This document shows positions 25,641 through 41,372 of a stretch of 64,000 bases of DNA, piece after piece. The notes beneath the pieces were generated by a model that made no database searches, was not told where the DNA came from, and was given only the letters and a program-made list of their open reading frames with translations. The position numbers and the translations under genes were made by a program. Where the stretch lies: the NCBI GenBank assembly GCA_964057225.1, contig OZ059900.1, positions 18,538,001 to 18,602,000 of the forward strand. Direction: 5' to 3'. How positions within the stretch are numbered: the stretch's first letter is position 1; the number at the start of each line of letters is the position of its first letter. Source of the DNA: Auanema rhodensis. Its lineage: Eukaryota > Animalia > Nematoda.

Positions 25641-28600
25641 AAATGAAGCATTTTACATGCTGAACACTAGAAAAATACAAAAACACAGTATTTCCCATGA
25701 GAAATATTTTATTATGCTGGAAAACCAGTTTTTGGAAATTTCGCTGTAAACAAGGTTTTGACTTACGATTTCATGTGTTCAAACTCATGTAATGTCAATG
25801 AAACCTAGCTCAAAATTGTTCGTACAACGTCTAGTTCCACTTTCACGACAAAAAAACAGGGGTTAGAAAATTAAGGAAATTAGCATATTCTGAGGGCACG
25901 CCCCTTATGGCTAATATTGATTAAATCGATTTTTGTTCATATGAGTCGTCAAATGCAACGAATTTCAGCGTGTTACATACTAAAATGAAGCATTTTACAT
26001 GCTAAACACTAGAAAAATACAAAAACACAGTATTTCCCATGAGAAATATTTTATTATGCTGGAAAACCAGTTTTTGGAAATTTCGCTGTAAACAAAGTTT
26101 TGACTTACGATTTCATGTGTTCAAACTCATGCAATGTCAATGAAACCTAGCTCAAAATTGTTTGTACAACGTCTAGTTCCACTTTCACGACAAAAAAACA
26201 GGGGTTAGAAAATTAAGGAAATTAGCATATTCTGAGGGCACGCCCCTTATGGCTAATATTGATTAAATCGATTTTTGTTCATATGAGTCGTCAAATGCAA
26301 CGAATTTCAGCGTGTTACATACTAAAATGAAGCATTTTACATGCTGAACACTAGAAAAATACAAAAACACAGTATTTCCTATGAGAAATATTTTATTATG
26401 CTGGAAAACCAGTTTTTGGAAATTTCGCTGTAAACAAAGTTTTGACTTACGATTTCATGTGTTCAAACTCATGCAATGTCAATGAAACCTAGCTCAAAAT
26501 TGTTTGTACAACGTCTAGTTCCACTTTCACGACAAAAAAACAGGGGTTAGAAAATTAAGGAAATTAGCATATTCTGAGGGCACGCCCCTTATGGCTAATA
26601 TTGATTAAATCGATTTTTGTTCATATGAGTCGTCAAATGCAACGAATTTCAGCGTGTTACATACTAAAATGAAGCATTTTACATGCTGAACACTAGAAAA
26701 ATACAAAAACACAGTATTTCCCATGAGAAATATTTTATTATGCTGGAAAACCAGTTTTTGGAAATTTCGCTGTAAACAAGGTTTTGACTTACGATTTCAT
26801 GTGTTCAAACTCATGTAATGTCAATGAAACCTAGCTCAAAATTGTTCGTACAACGTCTAGTTCCACTTTCACGACAAAAAAACAGGGGTTAGAAAATTAA
26901 GGAAATTAGCATATTCTGAGGGCACGCCCCTTATGGCTAATATTGATTAAATCGATTTTTGTTCATATGAGTCGTCAAATGCAACGAATTTCAGCGTGTT
27001 ACATACTAAAATGAAGCATTTTACATGCTAAACACTAGAAAAATACAAAAACACAGTATTTCCCATGAGAAATATTTTATTATGCTGGAAAACCAGTTTT
27101 TGGAAATTTCGCTGTAAACAAAGTTTTGACTTACGATTTCATGTGTTCAAACTCATGCAATGTCAATGAAACCTAGCTCAAAATTGTTTGTACAACGTCT
27201 AGTTCCACTTTCACGACAAAAAAACAGGGGTTAGAAAATTAAGGAAATTAGCATATTCTGAGGGCACGCCCCTTATGGCTAATATTGATTAAATCGATTT
27301 TTGTTCATATGAGTCGTCAAATGCAACGAATTTCAGCGTGTTACATACTAAAATGAAGCATTTTACATGCTGAACACTAGAAAAATACAAAAACACAGTA
27401 TTTCCTATGAGAAATATTTTATTATGCTGGAAAACCAGTTTTTGGAAATTTCGCTGTAAACAAAGTTTTGACTTACGATTTCATGTGTTCAAACTCATGC
27501 AATGTCAATGAAACCTAGCTCAAAATTGTTTGTACAACGTCTAGTTCCACTTTCACGACAAAAAAACAGGGGTTAGAAAATTAAGGAAATTAGCATATTC
27601 TGAGGGCACGCCCCTTATGGCTAATATTGATTAAATCGATTTTTGTTCATATGAGTCGTCAAATGCAACGAATTTCAGCGTGTTACATACTAAAATGAAG
27701 CATTTTACATGCTGAACACTAGAAAAATACAAAAACACAGTATTTCCCATGAGAAATATTTTATTATGCTGGAAAACCAGTTTTTGGAAATTTCGCTGTA
27801 AACAAGGTTTTGACTTACGATTTCATGTGTTCAAACTCATGCAATGTCAATGAAACCTAGCTCAAAATTGTTCGTACAACGTCTAGTTCCACTTTCACGA
27901 CAAAAAAACAGGGGTTAGAAAATTAAGGAAATTAGCATATTCTGAGGGCACGCCCCTTATGGCTAATATTGATTAAATCGATTTTTGTTCATATGAGTCG
28001 TCAAATGCAACGAATTTCAGCGTGTTACATACTAAAATGAAGCATTTTACATGCTGAACACTAGAAAAATACAAAAACACAGTATTTCCCATGAGAAATA
28101 TTTTATTATGCTGGAAAACCAGTTTTTGGAAATTTCGCTGTAAACAAGGTTTTGACTTACGATTTCATGTGTTCAAACTCATGTAATGTCAATGAAACCT
28201 AGCTCAAAATTGTTCGTACAACGTCTAGTTCCACTTTCACGACAAAAAAACAGGGGTTAGAAAATTAAGGAAATTAGCATATTCTGAGGGCACGCCCCTT
28301 ATGGCTAATATTGATTAAATCGATTTTTGTTCATATGAGTCGTCAAATGCAACGAATTTCAGCGTCTTACATACTAAAATGAAGCATTTTACATGCTAAA
28401 CACTAGAAAAATACAAAAACACAGTATTTCCCATGAGAAATATTTTATTATGCTGGAAAACCAGTTTTTGGAAATTTCGCTGTAAACAAAGTTTTGACTT
28501 ACGATTTCATGTGTTCAAACTCATGCAATGTCAATGAAACCTAGCTCAAAATTGTTTGTACAACGTCTAGTTCCACTTTCACGACAAAAAAACAGGGGTT

Positions 28601-31600
28601 AGAAAATTAAGGAAATTAGCATATTCTGAGGGCACGCCCCTTATGGCTAATATTGATTAAATCGATTTTTGTTCATATGAGTCGTCAAATGCAACGAATT
28701 TCAGCGTGTTACATACTAAAATGAAGCATTTTACATGCTGAACACTAGAAAAATACAAAAACACAGTATTTCCTATGAGAAATATTTTATTATGCTGGAA
28801 AACCAGTTTTTGGAAATTTCGCTGTAAACAAGGTTTTGACTTACGATTTCATGTGTTCAAACTCATGCAATGTCAATGAAACCTAGCTCAAAATTGTTCG
28901 TACAACGTCTAGTTCCACTTTCACGACAAAAAAACAGGGGTTAGAAAATTAAGGAAATTAGCATATTCTGAGGGCACGCCCCTTATGGCTAATATTGATT
29001 AAATCGATTTTTGTTCATATGAGTCGTCAAATGCAACGAATTTCAGCGTGTTACATACTAAAATGAAGCATTTTACATGCTGAACACTAGAAAAATACAA
29101 AAACACAGTATTTCCCATGAGAAATATTTTATTATGCTGGAAAACCAGTTTTTGGAAATTTCGCTGTAAACAAGGTTTTGACTTACGATTTCATGTGTTC
29201 AAACTCATGTAATGTCAATGAAACCTAGCTCAAAATTGTTCGTACAACGTCTAGTTCCACTTTCACGACAAAAAAACAGGGGTTAGAAAATTAAGGAAAT
29301 TAGCATATTCTGAGGGCACGCCCCTTATGGCTAATATTGATTAAATCGATTTTTGTTCATATGAGTCGTCAAATGCAACGAATTTCAGCGTGTTACATAC
29401 TAAAATGAAGCATTTTACATGCTGAACACTAGAAAAATACAAAAACACAGTATTTCCCATGAGAAATATTTTATTATGCTGGAAAACCAGTTTTTGGAAA
29501 TTTCGCTGTAAACAAGGTTTTGACTTACGATTTCATGTGTTCAAACTCATGCAATGTCAATGAAACCTAGCTCAAAATTGTTCGTACAACGTCTAGTTCC
29601 ACTTTCACGACAAAAAAACAGGGGTTAGAAAATTAAGGAAATTAGCATATTCTGAGGGCACGCCCCTTATGGCTAATATTGATTAAATCGATTTTTGTTC
29701 ATATGAGTCGTCAAATGCAACGAATTTCAGCGTGTTACATACTAAAATGAAGCATTTTACATGCTGAACACTAGATGAATACAAAAACACAGTATTTCCC
29801 ATGAGAAATATTTTATTATGCTGGAAAACCAGTTTTTGGAAATTTCGCTGTAAACAAGGTTTTGACTTACGATTTCATGTGTTCAAACTCATGCAATGTC
29901 AATGAAACCTAGCTCAAAATTGTTCGTACAACGTCTAGTTCCACTTTCACGACAAAAAAACAGGGATTAGAAAATTAAGGAAATTAGCATATTCTGAGGG
30001 CACGCCCCTTATGGCTAATATTGATTAAATCGATTTTTGTTCATATGAGTCGTCAAATGCAACGAATTTCAGCGTGTTACATACTAAAATAAAGCATTTT
30101 ACATGCTGAACACTAGAAGAATACAAAAACACAGTATTTCCCATGAGAAATATTTTATTATGCTGGAAAACCAGTTTTTGGAAATTTCGCTGTAAACAAG
30201 GTTTTGACTTACGATTTCATGTGTTCAAACTCATGCAATGTCAATGAAACCTAGCTCAAAATTGTTCGTACAACGTCTAGTTCCACTTTCACGACAAAAA
30301 AACAGGGGTTAGAAAATTAAGGAAATTAGCATATTCTGAGGGCACGCCCCTTATGGCTAATATTGATTAAATCGATTTTTGTTCATATGAGTCGTCAAAT
30401 GCAACGAATTTCAGCGTGTTACATACTAAAATGAAGCATTTTACATGCTGAACACTAGAAGAATACAAAAACACAGTATTTCCCATGAGAAATATTTTAT
30501 TATGCTGGAAAACCAGTTTTTGGAAATTTCGCTGTAAACAAGGTTTTGACTTACGATTTCATGTGTTCAAACTCATGCAATGTCAATGAAACCTAGCTCA
30601 AAATTGTTCGTACAACGTCTAGTTCCACTTTCACGACAAAAAAACAGGGGTTAGAAAATTAAGGAAATTAGCATATTCTGAGGGCACGCCCCTTATGGCT
30701 AATATTGATTAAATCGATTTTTGTTCATATGAGTCGTCAAATGCAACGAATTTCAGCGTGTTACATACTAAAATGAAGCATTTTACATGCTGAACACTAG
30801 AAAAATACAAAAACACAGTATTTCCCATGAGAAATATTTTATTATGCTGGAAAACCAGTTTTTGGAAATTTCGCTGTAAACAAGGTTTTGACTTACGATT
30901 TCATGTGTTCAAACTCATGTAATGTCAATGAAACCTAGCTCAAAATTGTTCGTACAACGTCTAGTTCCACTTTCACGACAAAAAAACAGGGGTTAGAAAA
31001 TTAAGGAAATTAGCATATTCTGAGGGCACGCCCCTTATGGCTAATATTGATTAAATCGATTTTTGTTCATATGAGTCGTCAAATGCAACGAATTTCAGCG
31101 TGTTACATACTAAAATGAAGCATTTTACATGCTAAACACTAGAAAAATACAAAAACACAGTATTTCCCATGAGAAATATTTTATTATGCTGGAAAACCAG
31201 TTTTTGGAAATTTCGCTGTAAACAAAGTTTTGACTTACGATTTCATGTGTTCAAACTCATGCAATGTCAATGAAACCTAGCTCAAAATTGTTTGTACAAC
31301 GTCTAGTTCCACTTTCACGACAAAAAAACAGGGGTTAGAAAATTAAGGAAATTAGCATATTCTGAGGGCACGCCCCTTATGGCTAATATTGATTAAATCG
31401 ATTTTTGTTCATATGAGTCGTCAAATGCAACGAATTTCAGCGTGTTACATACTAAAATGAAGCATTTTACATGCTGAACACTAGAAAAATACAAAAACAC
31501 AGTATTTCCTATGAGAAATATTTTATTATGCTGGAAAACCAGTTTTTGGAAATTTCGCTGTAAACAAAGTTTTGACTTACGATTTCATGTGTTCAAACTC

Positions 31601-34600
31601 ATGCAATGTCAATGAAACCTAGCTCAAAATTGTTTGTACAACGTCTAGTTCCACTTTCACGACAAAAAAACAGGGGTTAGAAAATTAAGGAAATTAGCAT
31701 ATTCTGAGGGCACGCCCCTTATGGCTAATATTGATTAAATCGATTTTTGTTCATATGAGTCGTCAAATGCAACGAATTTCAGCGTGTTACATACTAAAAT
31801 GAAGCATTTTACATGCTGAACACTAGAAAAATACAAAAACACAGTATTTCCCATGAGAAATATTTTATTATGCTGGAAAACCAGTTTTTGGAAATTTCGC
31901 TGTAAACAAGGTTTTGACTTACGATTTCATGTGTTCAAACTCATGTAATGTCAATGAAACCTAGCTCAAAATTGTTCGTACAACGTCTAGTTCCACTTTC
32001 ACGACAAAAAAACAGGGGTTAGAAAATTAAGGAAATTAGCATATTCTGAGGGCACGCCCCTTATGGCTAATATTGATTAAATCGATTTTTGTTCATATGA
32101 GTCGTCAAATGCAACGAATTTCAGCGTGTTACATACTAAAATGAAGCATTTTACATGCTAAACACTAGAAAAATACAAAAACACAGTATTTCCCATGAGA
32201 AATATTTTATTATGCTGGAAAACCAGTTTTTGGAAATTTCGCTGTAAACAAAGTTTTGACTTACGATTTCATGTGTTCAAACTCATGCAATGTCAATGAA
32301 ACCTAGCTCAAAATTGTTTGTACAACGTCTAGTTCCACTTTCACGACAAAAAAACAGGGGTTAGAAAATTAAGGAAATTAGCATATTCTGAGGGCACGCC
32401 CCTTATGGCTAATATTGATTAAATCGATTTTTGTTCATATGAGTCGTCAAATGCAACGAATTTCAGCGTGTTACATACTAAAATGAAGCATTTTACATGC
32501 TGAACACTAGAAAAATACAAAAACACAGTATTTCCTATGAGAAATATTTTATTATGCTGGAAAACCAGTTTTTGGAAATTTCGCTGTAAACAAAGTTTTG
32601 ACTTACGATTTCATGTGTTCAAACTCATGCAATGTCAATGAAACCTAGCTCAAAATTGTTTGTACAACGTCTAGTTCCACTTTCACGACAAAAAAACAGG
32701 GGTTAGAAAATTAAGGAAATTAGCATATTCTGAGGGCACGCCCCTTATGGCTAATATTGATTAAATCGATTTTTGTTCATATGAGTCGTCAAATGCAACG
32801 AATTTCAGCGTGTTACATACTAAAATGAAGCATTTTACATGCTGAACACTAGAAAAATACAAAAACACAGTATTTCCCATGAGAAATATTTTATTATGCT
32901 GGAAAACCAGTTTTTGGAAATTTCGCTGTAAACAAGGTTTTGACTTACGATTTCATGTGTTCAAACTCATGCAATGTCAATGAAACCTAGCTCAAAATTG
33001 TTCGTACAACGTCTAGTTCCACTTTCACGACAAAAAAACAGGGGTTAGAAAATTAAGGAAATTAGCATATTCTGAGGGCACGCCCCTTATGGCTAATATT
33101 GATTAAATCGATTTTTGTTCATATGAGTCGTCAAATGCAACGAATTTCAGCGTGTTACATACTAAAATGAAGCATTTTACATGCTGAACACTAGAAAAAT
33201 ACAAAAACACAGTATTTCCCATGAGAAATATTTTATTATGCTGGAAAACCAGTTTTTGGAAATTTCGCTGTAAACAAGGTTTTGACTTACGATTTCATGT
33301 GTTCAAACTCATGTAATGTCAATGAAACCTAGCTCAAAATTGTTCGTACAACGTCTAGTTCCACTTTCACGACAAAAAAACAGGGGTTAGAAAATTAAGG
33401 AAATTAGCATATTCTGAGGGCACGCCCCTTATGGCTAATATTGATTAAATCGATTTTTGTTCATATGAGTCGTCAAATGCAACGAATTTCAGCGTCTTAC
33501 ATACTAAAATGAAGCATTTTACATGCTAAACACTAGAAAAATACAAAAACACAGTATTTCCCATGAGAAATATTTTATTATGCTGGAAAACCAGTTTTTG
33601 GAAATTTCGCTGTAAACAAAGTTTTGACTTACGATTTCATGTGTTCAAACTCATGCAATGTCAATGAAACCTAGCTCAAAATTGTTTGTACAACGTCTAG
33701 TTCCACTTTCACGACAAAAAAACAGGGGTTAGAAAATTAAGGAAATTAGCATATTCTGAGGGCACGCCCCTTATGGCTAATATTGATTAAATCGATTTTT
33801 GTTCATATGAGTCGTCAAATGCAACGAATTTCAGCGTGTTACATACTAAAATGAAGCATTTTACATGCTGAACACTAGAAAAATACAAAAACACAGTATT
33901 TCCTATGAGAAATATTTTATTATGCTGGAAAACCAGTTTTTGGAAATTTCGCTGTAAACAAGGTTTTGACTTACGATTTCATGTGTTCAAACTCATGCAA
34001 TGTCAATGAAACCTAGCTCAAAATTGTTCGTACAACGTCTAGTTCCACTTTCACGACAAAAAAACAGGGGTTAGAAAATTAAGGAAATTAGCATATTCTG
34101 AGGGCACGCCCCTTATGGCTAATATTGATTAAATCGATTTTTGTTCATATGAGTCGTCAAATGCAACGAATTTCAGCGTGTTACATACTAAAATGAAGCA
34201 TTTTACATGCTGAACACTAGAAAAATACAAAAACACAGTATTTCCCATGAGAAATATTTTATTATGCTGGAAAACCAGTTTTTGGAAATTTCGCTGTAAA
34301 CAAGGTTTTGACTTACGATTTCATGTGTTCAAACTCATGTAATGTCAATGAAACCTAGCTCAAAATTGTTCGTACAACGTCTAGTTCCACTTTCACGACA
34401 AAAAAACAGGGGTTAGAAAATTAAGGAAATTAGCATATTCTGAGGGCACGCCCCTTATGGCTAATATTGATTAAATCGATTTTTGTTCATATGAGTCGTC
34501 AAATGCAACGAATTTCAGCGTGTTACATACTAAAATGAAGCATTTTACATGCTGAACACTAGAAAAATACAAAAACACAGTATTTCCCATGAGAAATATT

Positions 34601-34874
34601 TTATTATGCTGGAAAACCAGTTTTTGGAAATTTCGCTGTAAACAAGGTTTTGACTTACGATTTCATGTGTTCAAACTCATGCAATGTCAATGAAACCTAG
34701 CTCAAAATTGTTCGTACAACGTCTAGTTCCACTTTCACGACAAAAAAACAGGGGTTAGAAAATTAAGGAAATTAGCATATTCTGAGGGCACGCCCCTTAT
34801 GGCTAATATTGATTAAATCGATTTTTGTTCATATGAGTCGTCAAATGCAACGAATTTCAGCGTGTTACATACTA
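25641..34874 (+). repeat. Duplicated 12-monomer block (M76-87 / M91-102), offset 15 monomers (5130 bp), containing an internal 3-mer duplication
   Basis: Identical variant order over 12 units. The private g332c (agcgtcttac) is at 28366 and 33496. M76-78 = M79-81 and M91-93 = M94-96. Confidence 0.9.
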
Positions 34875-37610
34875 AAATGAAGCATTTTACATGCTGAACA
34901 CTAGAAAAATACAAAAACACAGTATTTCCCATGAGAAATATTTTATTATGCTGGAAAACCAGTTTTTGGAAATTTCGCTGTAAACAAGGTTTTGACTTAC
35001 GATTTCATGTGTTCAAACTCATGCAATGTCAATGAAACCTAGCTCAAAATTGTTCGTACAACGTCTAGTTCCACTTTCACGACAAAAAAACAAGGGTTAG
35101 AAAATTAAGGAAATTAGCATATTCTGAGGGCACGCCCCTTATGGCTAATATTGATTAAATCGATTTTTGTTCATATGAGTCGTCAAATGCAACGAATTTC
35201 AGCGTGTTACATACTAAAATGAAGCATTTTACATGCTGAACACTAGAAAAATACAAAAACACAGTATTTCCCATGAGAAATATTTTATTATGCTGGAAAA
35301 CCAGTTTTTGGAAATTTCGCTGTAAACAAGGTTTTGACTTACGATTTCATGTGTTCAAACTCATGCAATGTCAATGAAACCTAGCTCAAAATTGTTCGTA
35401 CAACGTCTAGTTCCACTTTCACGACAAAAAAACAGGGGTTAGAAAACTAAGGAAATTAGCATATTCTGAGGGCACGCCCCTTATGGCTAATATTGATTAA
35501 ATCGATTTTTGTTCATATGAGTCGTCAAATGCAACGAATTTCAGCGTGTTACATACTAAAATGAAGCATTTTACATGCTGAACACTAGAAAAATACAAAA
35601 ACACAGTATTTCCCATGAGAAATATTTTATTATGCTGGAAAACCAGTTTTTGGAAATTTCGCTGTAAACAAGGTTTTGACTTACGATTTCATGTGTTCAA
35701 ACTCATGCAATGTCAATGAAACCTAGCTCAAAATTGTTTGTACAACGTCTAGTTCCACTTTCACGACAAAAAAACAGGGGTTAGAAAATTAAGGAAATTA
35801 GCATATTCTGAGGGCACGCCCCTTATGGCTAATATTGATTAAATCGATTTTTGTTCATATGAGTCGTCAAATGCAACGAATTTCAGCGTGTTACATACTA
35901 AAATGAAGCATTTTACATGCTGAACACTAGAAAAATACAAAAACACAGTATTTCCCATGAGAAATATTTTATTATGCTGGAAAACCAGTTTTTGGAAATT
36001 TCGCTGTAAACAAGGTTTTGACTTACGATTTCATGTGTTCAAACTCATGCACTGTCAATGAAACCTAGCTCAAAATTGTTCGTACAACGTCTAGTTCCAC
36101 TTTCACGACAAAAAAACAGGGGTTAGAAAATTAAGGAAATTAGCATATTCTGAGGGCACGCCCCTTATGGCTAATATTGATTAAATCGATTTTTGTTCAT
36201 ATGAGTCGTCAAATGCAACGAATTTCAGCGTGTTACATACTAAAATGAAGCATTTTACATGCTGAACACTAGAAAAATACAAAAACACAGTATTTCCTAT
36301 GAGAAATATTTTATTATGCTGGAAAACCAGTTTTTGGAAATTTCGCTGTAAACAAGGTTTTGACTTACGATTTCATGTGTTCAAACTCATGCAATGTCAA
36401 TGAAACCTAGCTCAAAATTGTTCGTACAACGTCTAGTTCCACTTTCACGACAAAAAAACAGGGGTTAGAAAATTAAGGAAATTAGCATATTCTGAGGGCA
36501 CGCCCCTTATGGCTAATATTGATTAAATCGATTTTTGTTCATATGAGTCGTCAAATGCAACGAATTTCAGCGTGTTACATACTAAAATGAAGCATTTTAC
36601 ATGCTGAACACTAGAAAAATACAAAAACACAGTATTTCCCATGAGAAATATTTTATTATGCTGGAAAACCAGTTTTTGGAAATTTCGCTGTAAACAAGGT
36701 TTTGACTTACGATTTCATGTGTTCAAACTCATGCAATGTCAATGAAACCTAGCTCAAAATTGTTCGTACAACGTCTAGTTCCACTTTCACGACAAAAAAA
36801 CAGGGGTTAGAAAATTAAGGAAATTAGCATATTCTGAGGGCACGCCCCTTATGGCTAATATTGATTAAATCGATTTTTGTTCATATGAGTCGTCAAATGC
36901 AACGAATTTCAGCGTGTTACATACTAAAATGAAGCATTTTACATGCTGAACACTAGAAAAATACAAAAACACAGTATTTCCCATGAGAAATATTTTATTA
37001 TGCTGGAAAACCAGTTTTTGGAAATTTCGCTGTAAACAAGGTTTTGACTTACGATTTCATGTGTTCAAACTCATGCAATGTCAATGAAACCTAGCTCAAA
37101 ATTGTTCGTACAACGTCTAGTTCCACTTTCACGACAAAAAAACAGGGGTTAGAAAATTAAGGAAATTAGCATATTCTGAGGGCACGCCCCTTATGGCTAA
37201 TATTGATTAAATCGATTTTTGTTCATATGAGTCGTCAAATGCAACGAATTTCAGCGTGTTACATACTAAAATGAAGCATTTTACATGCTGAACACTAGAA
37301 AAATACAAAAACACAGTATTTCCCATGAGAAATATTTTATTATGCTGGAAAACCAGTTTTTGGAAATTTCGCTGTAAACAAGGTTTTGACTTACGATTTC
37401 ATGTGTTCAAACTCATGTAATGTCAATGAAACCTAGCTCAAAATTGTTCGTACAACGTCTAGTTCCACTTTCACGACAAAAAAACAGGGGTTAGAAAATT
37501 AAGGAAATTAGCATATTCTGAGGGCACGCCCCTTATGGCTAATATTGATTAAATCGATTTTTGTTCATATGAGTCGTCAAATGCAACGAATTTCAGCGTG
37601 TTACATACTA

Positions 37611-39662
37611 AAATGAAGCATTTTACATGCTAAACACTAGAAAAATACAAAAACACAGTATTTCCCATGAGAAATATTTTATTATGCTGGAAAACCAGTT
37701 TTTGGAAATTTCGCTGTAAACAAAGTTTTGACTTACGATTTCATGTGTTCAAACTCATGCAATGTCAATGAAACCTAGCTCAAAATTGTTTGTACAACGT
37801 CTAGTTCCACTTTCACGACAAAAAAACAGGGGTTAGAAAATTAAGGAAATTAGCATATTCTGAGGGCACGCCCCTTATGGCTAATATTGATTAAATCGAT
37901 TTTTGTTCATATGAGTCGTCAAATGCAACGAATTTCAGCGTGTTACATACTAAAATGAAGCATTTTACATGCTGAACACTAGAAAAATACAAAAACACAG
38001 TATTTCCTATGAGAAATATTTTATTATGCTGGAAAACCAGTTTTTGGAAATTTCGCTGTAAACAAGGTTTTGACTTACGATTTCATGTGTTCAAACTCAT
38101 GCAATGTCAGTGAAACCTAGCTCAAAATTGTTCGTACAACGTCTAGTTCCACTTTCACGACAAAAAAACAGGGGTTAGAAAATTAAGGAAATTAGCATAT
38201 TCTGAGGGCACGCCCCTTATGGCTAATATTGATTAAATCGATTTTTGTTCATATGAGTCGTCAAATGCAACGAATTTCAGCGTGTTACATACTAAAATGA
38301 AGCATTTTACATGCTGAACACTAGAAAAATACAAAAACACAGTATTTCCCATGAGAAATATTTTATTATGCTGGAAAACCAGTTTTTGGAAATTTCGCTG
38401 TAAACAAGGTTTTGACTTACGATTTCATGTGTTCAAACTCATGCAATGTCAATGAAACCTAGCTCAAAATTGTTCGTACAACGTCTAGTTCCACTTTCAC
38501 GACAAAAAAACAGGGGTTAGAAAATTAAGGAAATTAGCATATTCTGAGGGCACGCCCCTTATGGCTAATATTGATTAAATCGATTTTTGTTCATATGAGT
38601 CGTCAAATGCAACGAATTTCAGCGTGTTACATACTAAAATGAAGCATTTTACATGCTAAACACTAGAAAAATACAAAAACACAGTATTTCCCATGAGAAA
38701 TATTTTATTATGCTGGAAAACCAGTTTTTGGAAATTTCGCTGTAAACAAAGTTTTGACTTACGATTTCATGTGTTCAAACTCATGCAATGTCAATGAAAC
38801 CTAGCTCAAAATTGTTTGTACAACGTCTAGTTCCACTTTCACGACAAAAAAACAGGGGTTAGAAAATTAAGGAAATTAGCATATTCTGAGGGCACGCCCC
38901 TTATGGCTAATATTGATTAAATCGATTTTTGTTCATATGAGTCGTCAAATGCAACGAATTTCAGCGTGTTACATACTAAAATGAAGCATTTTACATGCTG
39001 AACACTAGAAAAATACAAAAACACAGTATTTCCTATGAGAAATATTTTATTATGCTGGAAAACCAGTTTTTGGAAATTTCGCTGTAAACAAGGTTTTGAC
39101 TTACGATTTCATGTGTTCAAACTCATGCAATGTCAGTGAAACCTAGCTCAAAATTGTTCGTACAACGTCTAGTTCCACTTTCACGACAAAAAAACAGGGG
39201 TTAGAAAATTAAGGAAATTAGCATATTCTGAGGGCACGCCCCTTATGGCTAATATTGATTAAATCGATTTTTGTTCATATGAGTCGTCAAATGCAACGAA
39301 TTTCAGCGTGTTACATACTAAAATGAAGCATTTTACATGCTGAACACTAGAAAAATACAAAAACACAGTATTTCCCATGAGAAATATTTTATTATGCTGG
39401 AAAACCAGTTTTTGGAAATTTCGCTGTAAACAAGGTTTTGACTTACGATTTCATGTGTTCAAACTCATGCAATGTCAATGAAACCTAGCTCAAAATTGTT
39501 CGTACAACGTCTAGTTCCACTTTCACGACAAAAAAACAGGGGTTAGAAAATTAAGGAAATTAGCATATTCTGAGGGCACGCCCCTTATGGCTAATATTGA
39601 TTAAATCGATTTTTGTTCATATGAGTCGTCAAATGCAACGAATTTCAGCGTGTTACATACTA
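37611..39662 (+). repeat. Tandem duplication of a 3-monomer unit (M111-113 / M114-116), period 1026 bp
   Basis: [g22a,g114a,c181t],[c56t,a158g],[consensus] occurs twice. a158g only at 38110 and 39136. Confidence 0.85.
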
Positions 39663-41372
39663 AAATGAAGCATTTTACATGCTGAACACTAGAAAAATAC
39701 AAAAACACAGTATTTCCCATGAGAAATATTTTATTATGCTGGAAAACCAGTTTTTGGAAATTTCGCTGTAAACAAGGTTTTGACTTACGATTTCATGTGT
39801 TCAAACTCATGCAATGTCAATGAAACCTAGCTCAAAATTGTTCGTACAACGTCTAGTTCCACTTTCACGACAAAAAAACAGGGGTTAGAAAATTAAGGAA
39901 ATTAGCATATTCTGAGGGCACGCCCCTTATGGCTAATATAGATTAAATCGATTTTTGTTCATATGAGTCGTCAAATGCAACGAATTTCAGCGTGTTACAT
40001 ACTAAAATGAAGCATTTTACATGCTGAACACTAGAAAAATACAAAAACACAGTATTTCCCATGAGAAATATTTTATTATGCTGGAAAACCAGTTTTTGGA
40101 AATTTCGCTGTAAACAAGGTTTTGACTTACGATTTCATGTGTTCAAACTCATGCAATGTCAATGAAACCTAGCTCAAAATTGTTCGTACAACGTCTAGTT
40201 TCACTTTCACGACAAAAAAACAGGGGTTAGAAAACTAAGGAAATTAGCATATTCTGAGGGCACGCCCCTTATGGCTAATATTGATTAAATCGATTTTTGT
40301 TCATATGAGTCGTCAAATGCAACGAATTTCAGCGTGTTACATACTAAAATGAAGCATTTTACATGCTGAACACTAGAAAAATACAAAAACACAGTATTTC
40401 CCATGAGAAATATTTTATTATGCTGGAAAACCAGTTTTTGGAAATTTCGCTGTAAACAAGGTTTTGACTTACGATTTCATGTGTTCAAACTCATGCAATG
40501 TCAATGAAACCTAGCTCAAAATTGTTTGTACAACGTCTAGTTCCACTTTCACGACAAAAAAACAGGGGTTAGAAAATTAAGGAAATTAGCATATTCTGAG
40601 GGCACGCCCCTTATGGCTAATATTGATTAAATCGATTTTTGTTCATATGAGTCGTCAAATGCAACGAATTTCAGCGTGTTACATACTAAAATGAAGCATT
40701 TTACATGCTGAACACTAGAAAAATACAAAAACACAGTATTTCCCATGAGAAATATTTTATTATGCTGGAAAACCAGTTTTTGGAAATTTCGCTGTAAACA
40801 AGGTTTTGACTTACGATTTCATGTGTTCAAACTCATGCACTGTCAATGAAACCTAGCTCAAAATTGTTCGTACAACGTCTAGTTCCACTTTCACGACAAA
40901 AAAACAGGGGTTAGAAAATTAAGGAAATTAGCATATTCTGAGGGCACGCCCCTTATGGCTAATATTGATTAAATCGATTTTTGTTCATATGAGTCGTCAA
41001 ATGCAACGAATTTCAGCGTGTTACATACTAAAATGAAGCATTTTACATGCTGAACACTAGAAAAATACAAAAACACAGTATTTCCCATGAGAAATATTTT
41101 ATTATGCTGGAAAACCAGTTTTTGGAAATTTCGCTGTAAACAAGGTTTTGACTTACGATTTCATGTGTTCAAACTCATGCAATGTCAATGAAACCTAGCT
41201 CAAAATTGTTCGTACAACGTCTAGTTCCACTTTCACGACAAAAAAACAGGGGTTAGAAAATTAAGGAAATTAGCATATTCTGAGGGCACGCCCCTTATGG
41301 CTAATATTGATTAAATCGATTTTTGTTCATATGAGTCGTCAAATGCAACGAATTTCAGCGTGTTACATACTA

